Below are positions 9,433-18,900 of a stretch of DNA of 64,000 nucleotides, piece by piece (positions within the stretch are counted from its first letter, which is position 1; every line of letters starts with the position of its first letter). The notes under the pieces were generated by a model. It searched no databases and was not told the origin of the DNA. It worked only from the letters and a program-made list of their open reading frames with translations. This DNA is from Candidatus Latescibacterota bacterium. Lineage in GTDB: Bacteria > Latescibacterota > UBA2968 > GCA-2709665. The translations under genes were made by a program, and so were the position numbers. The stretch lies in contig OZ244937.1 in the NCBI GenBank assembly GCA_965222075.1, forward strand, positions 2,272,001-2,336,000, written 5' to 3'.

Positions 9433-12400
9433 ATGAAAAAGTCCATTCTTTATTCTGCCTGTTTTGCGTTAGTCCGTCTCAATCTCGCCCTCTTGTTGGT
9501 CGCATTCCTGTTCGTACAGGACAGCCGTGCTCAAAACCCCCTTGAAGGGCATACCGATGCGGTCGAATCTGTGGCATTTTCACAAGATGAAATGCTGCTT
9601 GCTTCCGGGTCAGTGGATGGTACGGTCAAGCTATGGAACATAGAGACGAGACGAAATACCGACACCTTTGAGGGGCATACGGATGTGGTCAGTTCTGTGG
9701 CATTTTCACAAGATGGAATGCTGCTCGCTTCCGGATCATCAGTGGATGGCACGGTCAAGCTGTGGAACGTGCAGGCGGACACAAATATCGCCATCCTTGA
9801 GGAGCATACGGATGTGGTCAGCTCTGTGGCGTTTTCACAAGATGGGACGCTGCTCGCTTCCGGATCAGTGAATGGCGAGATTCTGCTGTGGAACGTGGCG
9901 ACGGGAAGCGCCACCAGCCTTAAGGGAGAGGCGGTCAGCTCTATGGCGTTTTCGCAAGATGGGATGCTGCTCGCTTCCGGGGCAGTAGATGGCACGATTC
10001 TGCTTTGGAATGTGTCGAAGGAAAACGCCACCACCCTTAGGGGCCATACGGATGATGTCTCATCTGTGGTGTTTTCATCCGATGGGATGCTGCTCGCTTC
10101 CGGATCTGATGATAACACGGTCAAATTGTGGGATATGCAGACGGGCACAGACAGGACACTTGAGGGACATACGGATGCGATCAGTTCTGTGGCGTTTTCA
10201 CAAGATGGGACGGTACTCGCTTCCGGGTCAGTAGATGGCACGATTCTGCTGTGGAACGTGGCGAAAAGAAAACAGATCACCACCCTTGAGGGACATAGGG
10301 ATGCGGTCAGCTCCGTGGCGTTTTCACAAGATGGGACGGTACTCGCTTCCGGGTCAGTAGATGGTAGAATTTTGCTTTGGAACGTATCTGAATGGACGCA
10401 GCCTCGCCCTCATACACTGGAGAAAATCTCCGGCGATGACCAGCAAGGCACGCCCAGGGCAATGTTGGCGAATCCCCTGATGGTTGAAGTGAGAGATCAG
10501 AACAATAATCCCTTACCGGATGTGCAAGTCACATTCAGGGTTACCGCAGGCGCGGGAAAGCTCAGCGGGCGCTTCACGATTGAGCACGCAACAACCGATT
10601 CCAACGGACGTGCAGAGGGAACGCTTACGCTTGGTCCCAATCCGGGAACAAACACCGTTGAGGTATCTATCGTCGGGCGTGAGCCGGAGACGTTTAATGC
10701 AGTGAGCATTGGAACGCCTGCTGTGCCGAGCCTGGACGGGGATTATCCAACATGGCATGTCCCCGACGGTGCAATCGCACGCCTGGGAAAAGGACCCATT
10801 GGCACAGGGGACAAAGCGGTGGCATTCTCGCCGGACGGTCAACGCCTCGCTGTGGCAAGTGGCATTGGCGTATGGCTTTACGATGTGCCGACCTCCCGTG
10901 AACTCATGCTACTACCCTCTGCGAGTGCAGTCAATTCTGTGGCGTTTTCGCAAGATGGGATGCAACTGGCTTCCGGGTCAGTAGATGGCACGGTTGCGCT
11001 GTGGGACATTGAGACGGGACGAAATACCGACACTTTTGAGGCGCGCAGGGGCAATGTCTTTCCCGTGGCATTTTCCCCCGATGGGACGCTGACAGCTTCC
11101 AGGTCAGTCGAATCTGTGGCGTTTTCCCCCGATGGAACGCTGATCGCTTCCGGGCTAAAGGATGGCACGGTTGTGCTGTGGGATATTGCAACTGGAAACG
11201 CCACCACTTTTGAAGGGCATACGGATTGGGTCAGTTCTGTGGCGTTTTCTCCCCGTGAAGATGGGACGCTGCTACTGGCTTCCGGGGCTTTGGATAGAAC
11301 GGTCAAACTGTGGGACGTGCAGGCAGGCACAAATGCCGCCACCTTTGAAACGCGCAGGGGCAATGTCTTTTCCGTGGCATTTTCACCCGATGGGACAATA
11401 CTGGCCTCCGGATCTGGGGATGGCACGATTCTGCTGTGGGACATTGAGACGGAAAACGCCATCCCCCTTGAAGGGCATACGGATGATGTCAACTCTGTAG
11501 CATTCTCACCCGATGGGACAATACTGGCTTCCGGATCTGATGATAATACGATCAAGCTGTGGAACGTGCAGGCAGGCACAAATATCGCCACCTTTGAAGA
11601 ACATACGGATGTCAGTTCCGTATCCCTGTCGCAGGATGAGGATGGGGTGCTGCTACTGGCTTCCGGGTCAGTGGATGGCACGATTCTGCTGTGGGACGCA
11701 GCGACGGAAAACATCACCCCCCTTGAGGGACATACGCAAGCGGTCAGCTCCGTCGCGTTCTCTCCCGATGAAGATGAGACGTTACTGGCTTCCGGGTTAC
11801 GGGACGGCACGATTCTGCTGTGGGACACAGCGAGAAGAGAGCAGATTACCACCCTTGAGGGACATACGCAGGCGGTCAGCTCCGTCGCGTTCTCTCCCGA
11901 TGGGAGGCTGATAGCTTCCGGGGCTTTGGATGGCACGATTCTGCTTTGGAACATTGCGACTGGAAATACCACCCCCCTTGAGGGACATACGCAGGCGGTC
12001 ACCTCCGTCGCGTTCTCTCCCGATGAGGATGAGACAATACTGGCTTCCGGGTCTTTGGATGGCACGATTCTGCTGTGGAACATTGCGACGGAAAACGCCA
12101 CCTCCCTTGAGGGACATACGCAGGCGGTCACCTCCGTTGCGTTCTCTCCCGATGAAGATGAAACAATACTGGCTTCCGGGGCAGTGGACGGCACGATTCT
12201 GCTGTGGAACATCACGACTGGAAATACCACCCCCCTTGAGGGACATACGCAGGCGGTCACCTCCGTCGCGTTCTCGCAGAATGAGGATGGGGCGTTGCTG
12301 CTGGCTTCCGGGGCTTTGGATGGCACGATTCTGCTGTGGGACGTGGCGACTGGAAATGCCACCATTCTTGAGGGGCATACGGGCAATGTCTTTTCCGTGG

Positions 12401-12840
12401 CCTTTTCGCCGGATGGGACGATACTGGCTTCCGGGGCTTTGGATGGCACGATTCTGCTGTGGGATGTAGCGACTGGAAATGCCACCATTCTTGAGGGGCA
12501 TACGGGCAATGTCTTTTCCGTGGCCTTTTCGCCGGATGGGATGTTGCTATCTTCCGGATCAGGGGATGGCACGATTCTGCTGTGGGATATGTCACCGGAT
12601 ATCACACCTCAAACTCCCAATCCCGACTTTGATGGCGATGGCCGTGTTGGCTTTGGCGATTTTGTGCAGTTTGCGGCACGGTTCGGGTTGAGTCAAGGCG
12701 ATGAGAGGTATGATGCGCGGTACGATCTGGATGGGGATAGCACCATCGGATTCAGCGACTTTGTGATCTTTGCCAATGCCTTTGGCCTGCCTGCCGAGTC
12801 GTCTTCGGCGCAGGCAGGCAAAGAAGTATCATCGAATTGA
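9433..12840 (+). CDS. secreted WD40-repeat protein with Ig-like (Big_1) domain and C-terminal dockerin-like EF-hand module
   Basis: signal peptide; many GH..V.SVAFS.DG.LLASGS.DGT..LW repeats; ISGDDQQG Ig domain; PDFDGDG...YDLDGD tail. Confidence 0.9.
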   Translation: MKKSILYSACFALVRLNLALLLVAFLFVQDSRAQNPLEGHTDAVESVAFSQDEMLLASGSVDGTVKLWNIETRRNTDTFEGHTDVVSSVAFSQDGMLLASGSSVDGTVKLWNVQADTNIAILEEHTDVVSSVAFSQDGTLLASGSVNGEILLWNVATGSATSLKGEAVSSMAFSQDGMLLASGAVDGTILLWNVSKENATTLRGHTDDVSSVVFSSDGMLLASGSDDNTVKLWDMQTGTDRTLEGHTDAISSVAFSQDGTVLASGSVDGTILLWNVAKRKQITTLEGHRDAVSSVAFSQDGTVLASGSVDGRILLWNVSEWTQPRPHTLEKISGDDQQGTPRAMLANPLMVEVRDQNNNPLPDVQVTFRVTAGAGKLSGRFTIEHATTDSNGRAEGTLTLGPNPGTNTVEVSIVGREPETFNAVSIGTPAVPSLDGDYPTWHVPDGAIARLGKGPIGTGDKAVAFSPDGQRLAVASGIGVWLYDVPTSRELMLLPSASAVNSVAFSQDGMQLASGSVDGTVALWDIETGRNTDTFEARRGNVFPVAFSPDGTLTASRSVESVAFSPDGTLIASGLKDGTVVLWDIATGNATTFEGHTDWVSSVAFSPREDGTLLLASGALDRTVKLWDVQAGTNAATFETRRGNVFSVAFSPDGTILASGSGDGTILLWDIETENAIPLEGHTDDVNSVAFSPDGTILASGSDDNTIKLWNVQAGTNIATFEEHTDVSSVSLSQDEDGVLLLASGSVDGTILLWDAATENITPLEGHTQAVSSVAFSPDEDETLLASGLRDGTILLWDTARREQITTLEGHTQAVSSVAFSPDGRLIASGALDGTILLWNIATGNTTPLEGHTQAVTSVAFSPDEDETILASGSLDGTILLWNIATENATSLEGHTQAVTSVAFSPDEDETILASGAVDGTILLWNITTGNTTPLEGHTQAVTSVAFSQNEDGALLLASGALDGTILLWDVATGNATILEGHTGNVFSVAFSPDGTILASGALDGTILLWDVATGNATILEGHTGNVFSVAFSPDGMLLSSGSGDGTILLWDMSPDITPQTPNPDFDGDGRVGFGDFVQFAARFGLSQGDERYDARYDLDGDSTIGFSDFVIFANAFGLPAESSSAQAGKEVSSN

Positions 12841-12921
12841 CTGCCGCTTCTGAAGTCACAAATCGCGTTCTACAGGACCAAAAATCAGTGTCAATTGGCA
12901 AAACTGTTCACAGGATTGATC

Positions 12922-15900
12922 ATGAAATCTCCTGTTAAATTTCTCTCCTTCGCGCTCGGCATCAGCATTCTGTTGAGCCTGATACTCTTGATTTACCCGT
13001 GGTCGCTATCCCCACAGACCAGCAGCTTTTCCCTGTCTCTGGATTTGGATAATTCTGCGGGTGATCAGGCGGCGTCCTCTCTCGATGTATCTCCCGATCA
13101 AATTGTTTCCATTCAGATTTTTGGCAAAGATATTCAAAATGCCAATGGTCTTTCCACGCTGCTTGAATACGATGCAACCCAGGTTATTTACAAAAAATTT
13201 ACTGTGGGCGATGTATTGCCCAATCCACTTGTAGAGCAGGATTCAACCTTCGGCCCTGCTCAGGCCAAAGCCTTTGTCCAGATCGACATGGCGTCTCTGG
13301 AGGGATCTACAACAGCCAATAGCAGCCTGATTGGCACACTGCGTTTTCACACCACAGATGCGTTTTCGAGCACAGAGATTCGATTGGTGCGTGCTGGCCT
13401 TGGCAGGGAAGGACAATTCGAGACTGTGACCACGGCCATCAGTGTTGCCTTACAGGTCGCTGCGGCGCCTTCTCCCGACTTTGACGGAAGTGGAACTGTG
13501 GATTTTCCCGACTTTTTGGCGTTTGTAAGCGTGTTTGGGTCTGAGGAGGGCCAGGATAACTACGATGCAAAATACGACCTCAATAGCGATGGCAAAATTG
13601 TATTTGAAGATTTTCAGATCTTAACCCACAGCTTTGGCAAAACCGTCGTGGCACAGAAGCCACCAACGCCACCAAAGTCACCAAAGGTATCGGCCCAAAG
13701 CACGCCCGCCAGTAGTCCTGATCTGATCGTTGAATCGTTTTCAGTCAGCGATAGTATTTTGGATGCAGGCGCAACCTTCACGCTGAGTGCGACTGTTCGC
13801 AATCAGGGCACCGGTACTTCTCCCCTCCTTATGAATTTGGACTATTATCGGTCAACCGATGAGACAATCTCGACAAGCGATACGAAAGTGGGCTGGGACC
13901 TCGTAAGACGCCTTGCGGCTTCTGAAATTAGTGATGAGTCGACTCGTGTGTGGGCACCGTCAAGTGGTGGCACATACTACTACGGGGCCTGTATCGAGGC
14001 CGTCTCCGGAGAATCCGACACAGACAACAACTGCTCCAATGCTGTCACCGTGACCGTGGGCAGTCCTGATCTGATTGTTGAACCGCCTTCGGTCAGCGAC
14101 AGCAGCCCGAAGGCAGGCGCATCTTTCACGCTGAGTGCGACTGTTCGCAATCAAGGTAATGGTACTTCTCCCTTCCTTATGACGTTGAACTATTATCTGT
14201 CAACCGATGCGACGATCTCGACAAGTGATACGAAAGTGGGCTGGGACCACGTAAGCCGCCTTGCGGCTTCTGGAACCAGTGATGAGTCGGCTCGCGTGAG
14301 GGCACCGTCGAGTGATGGCACGTACTACTATGGGGCCTGTATCGAGGCCGTCTCCGGAGAATCCGACACAGACAACAACTGCTCCAATGCTGTCACCGTG
14401 ACCGTGGGCAGCACAACCACCCCGCCCACCCCCAATCAGCCCCCGGTGTTCAGTGAAGGGGCGAGCGCCACGCGCAGCATAGCCGAGAACACAGGCGCAG
14501 GTCAGAACATCGGCAACCCGGTCAGCGCGACGGATGGCGACGGAGACCGCCTCACCTACAGCCTTGAAGGCAGGGATGCCTCTGCGTTCACCATCCAGTC
14601 CAATAGCGGTCAACTCGTGACCCGGTCGGGTGTGACCTACGACTATGAGACGAAGAACAGCTATTCGGTAACCGTGCGGGCACAGGACGGCAAAGGCGGC
14701 AGTGCGACCATTATCGTGGAGATCACCCTCACCGATGAGAATGAACCACCGGGCAGACCCGATGCGCCCACAGTCACGGCCTCAACACTGAACAGCCTGA
14801 GCATCCGTTGGACAGCCCCCACCAACCCCGGCCCTGCCATCAGCGACTACGACGTGCAGTACAGGGCAGAGGGTGGCAGTTTCACCGACTGGCCCCATAC
14901 CGGCACGGGCACGACCACGACCATCACGGGCCTGACCGCAAACACCCGTTACGAGGTACAGGTGCGGGCGCGCAATACTCAGGGAGAGAGCAACTGGTCG
15001 CCATCGGTTAACGGAACGACCATAGCCAATCAGTCTCCAGCCTTCAGTGAGGGAACCAGCACCACGCGCAGCATAGCCGAGAACACAGGCGCAGGTCAGA
15101 ACATCAACAACCCGGTCAGCGCAACGGATGGCGACAGCGACCGCCTCACCTACAGCCTCGAAGGCAGGGATGCCTCTGCATTCACCATCCAGTCCAATAG
15201 CGGCCAACTCATGACCGGATCAGGTGTGACATACGACTATGAGACCAAGAACAGCTATTCGGTAACCGTGCGGGCACAGGACGGCAAAGGCGGCAGTGCG
15301 ACCATTGCCGTGGAGATCACCCTCACCGATGAGAACGAACCGCCGGGCAGACCCGATGCGCCCACGGTCACAGCGGCCTCTTCTACCAGCCTGAAGGTGA
15401 CATGGACAGCCCCGGATAACCCCGGGCCAGCGATCAGCGACTATGATGTGCAGTACAGGGCAGAGGGTGAGCGCAGTTTCACCGACTGGCCCCATACCGG
15501 CACGGGCACGACGACCACGACCATCACGGGCCTGACCGCGAGCACCCGTTATGAGGTGCAGGTCCGGGCGACCAGCGACGAAGGCACGGGCGACTGGTCG
15601 CCACCTGGCAGTGGGATGACCAGTAGTGGTGGTGGTAGTGGTGGTGGTGGTAGTGGTGGTGGTGGTAATAATCCTGATCTGATTGTTGAATCGCCTTCGG
15701 TCAGCAACAGCACCCTGGGGCCGGGGGAATCCTTCAGGCTAAACGCCACTGTCCGCAACCAGGGCGGCAGTCGGTCTGCCTCTACGACCTTGCGCTATTA
15801 TCTGTCAACCGATGAGACAATCTCGACAGGTGATACGGAGGTAGATACGGACTACGTGAGCCGCCTTGATCCTTCTGGAATTAGTGATGAGTCTGCTCGT

Positions 15901-18900
15901 TTGACGGCGCCACCGGGTGAGGGCACATACTACTATGGGGCCTGTGTCGTGGCAGTCACTGGCGAATCCAACACAGACAACAACTGCTCCAGTCCTGTCA
16001 CCGTCACTGTTATTGGCCCTGACCTGGTCGTTGAATCCCCTTCGGTCAGCGACAGCACCCTGGGGCCGGGGGAATCCTTCTACCTGAATGCGACTGTGCA
16101 CAATCAGGGTGGCAGTCGGTCTGCCTCTACGACCTTGCGCTATTATCTGTCAACCGATGAGACAATCTCGACAGGTGATACGGAGGTAGATACGGACTAC
16201 GTGAGCCGCCTTGACGCTTCTGAAAGCGGTGATGAGTCGGCCCGTTTGACGGCGCCACCGGGTGAGGGCACATACTATTATGGGGCCTGTATCGAGGCCG
16301 TCTCCGGAGAATCCAACACAGACAACAACTGCTCCAGTCCTGTCTCCGTCACTGTTGTTGGCCCCGACCTGGTCGTTGAATCCCCTTCGGTCAGCGACAG
16401 CAGCCCGAAGGCAGGCGCGTATTTCACGTTGAGTGCGACTGTTCGCAACCAGGGCGGCAGTCGGTCTGCCTCTACGACCTTGCGCTATTATCTGTCAACC
16501 GATGAGACAATCTCGACAGGTGATACGGAACTGGATACGGACTACGTGAGCCGCCTTGCGGCTTCTGAAAGCGGTGATGAGTCGGCTCGTGTGAGGGCCC
16601 CATCAAGTGAGGGCACATACTACTACGGGGCCTGTATCGAGGCCGTCTCCGGAGAATCCGACACAGACAACAACTGCTCCAATGCTGTCACCGTGACCGT
16701 GGGCAGCACAACCACCCCGCCCACCCCCAATCAGCCCCCGGTGTTCAGTGAAGGAACGAGCGCCACGCGCAGCATAGCCGAGAACACAGGCGCAGGTCAG
16801 AACATCGGCAACCCGGTCAGCGCAACGGATGGCGACAGCGACCGGCTTACCTACAGCCTCGAAGGCAGGGATGCCTCTGCATTCACCATCCAGTCCAATA
16901 GCGGCCAACTCGTGACCCGGTCGGGTGTGACCTACGACTATGAGACGAAGAACAGCTATTCGGTAACCGTGCGCGCACAGGACGGCAAAGGCGGCAGTGC
17001 GACCATCGCCGTGGAGATCACCCTCACCGATGAGAATGAACCACCGGACAGACCCGATGCGCCCACGATCACGGCCTCAACACTGAACAGCCTGAGCATC
17101 CGTTGGACAGCCCCCACCAACCCCGGCCCTGCCATCAGCGACTACGACGTGCAGTACAGGGCAGAGGGCGGCAGTTTCACCGACTGGCCCCATACCGGCA
17201 CGGGCACGACCACGACCATCACGGGCCTGACCGCAAACACCCGTTACGAGGTGCAGGTGCGGGCGCGCAACACTCAGGGAGAGAGCAACTGGTCGCCATC
17301 GGTTACCGGAACGACCACCACCAATCAGTCCCCAGTATTCAGCGAGGGGACGACCACGATGCGCAGCATAGCCGAGAACACAGGCGCAGGTCAGAACATC
17401 GGCAACCCGGTCAGTGCGACGGATGACGACAGCGACCGCCTCACCTACAGCCTCGAAGGCAGGGACGCCTCTGCATTCACCATCCAGTCCAATAGCGGCC
17501 AACTCATAACCAGATTGGGTGAGAGATATGACTATGAGACGCAGGACAGCTATTCGGTAACAGTGCGGGCACAGGACGGCAAAGGCGGCAGTGCGACCAT
17601 TGCCGTGGAGATCACCCTCACCGATGAGAACGAACCACCGGGCAGACCCGATGCGCCCACGGTCACAGCGGCCTCTTCTACCAGCCTGAAGGTGACATGG
17701 ACAGCCCCGGATAACCCCGGGCCAGCGATCAGCGACTACGATGTGCAGTACAGGGCAGAGGGTGAGCGCAGTTTCACCGACTGGCCCCATACCGGCACGG
17801 GCACGACCACGACCCGCACGGGCCTGACCGCAAACACCCGTTATGAGGTGCAGGTCCGGGCGACCAGCGACGAAGGCACGGGCGACTGGTCGCTATCGGG
17901 CAGTGGCACGACCAGCAGTGATGGTGGTAATAATCCTGATCTGACTGTCGAATTGCCTTCGGTCAGCAACAGCACTCTGGCACCAGAGCAATCCTTCAGG
18001 CTAAGCGCCACTGTCCGCAACCAGGGCGGCAGTCAGTCTGCCTCTACGACCTTGCGCTATTATCTGTCAACCGATGAGACAATCTCGACAGGTGATACGG
18101 AGGTAGATACGGACTACGTGAGCCGTCTTGATCCTTCTGAAATTAGTGATGAGTCTGCGCGTTTGAAAGCACCGTCAAGTGATGGCACGTATTACTACGG
18201 GGCCTGTGTCGTGGCCGTCTCCGGAGAATCCGACACAGACAACAACTGCTCCGGTCCTGTCACTGTCACTGTTGTTGGCCCTGACCTGGTCGTTGAATCC
18301 CCTTCGGTCGATAATAACACCCCGACACCTGGGCGATTAATCAAACTGAGCGCCACTGTTCGCAACCAGGGAGGCGGTCGGTCCTCCTTTACGACGTTGC
18401 GCTATTATCAGTCAACCGACGAGACGATTGATTCGAGTGATACGGAAGTATATAAGAACTACGTGAGCTCCCTTGATCCCTCTGAAATTAGTGACAAGTG
18501 GATTCTTTTCTCTGCCCCGTCGAGTGCTGGCACATACTACTATGGAGCCTGTGTCGAGGCAGTCACTGGCGAATCCGACACGGACAACAACTGCTCCAGG
18601 GCTGTCACCGTGACCATAAGGAGCGCCCCCCCTCCACCTGCTCCCAATCAGCCCCCGGTATTCAGCGAAGGAGCAAGCACGACCCGCAGCATAGCCGAGA
18701 ACACAGGCGCAGGTCAGAACATCGGCAACCCGGTCAGCGCAACGGATGACGACAGCGACCGCCTCACCTACAGCCTCCAGGGCAGGGATGCCTCTGCATT
18801 CACCATCCAGTCCAATAGCGGCCAACTCGTGACCCGGTCGGGTGTGACATACGACTATGAGACGCAAGACAGCTATTCGGTAACAGTGCGGGCACAGGAC

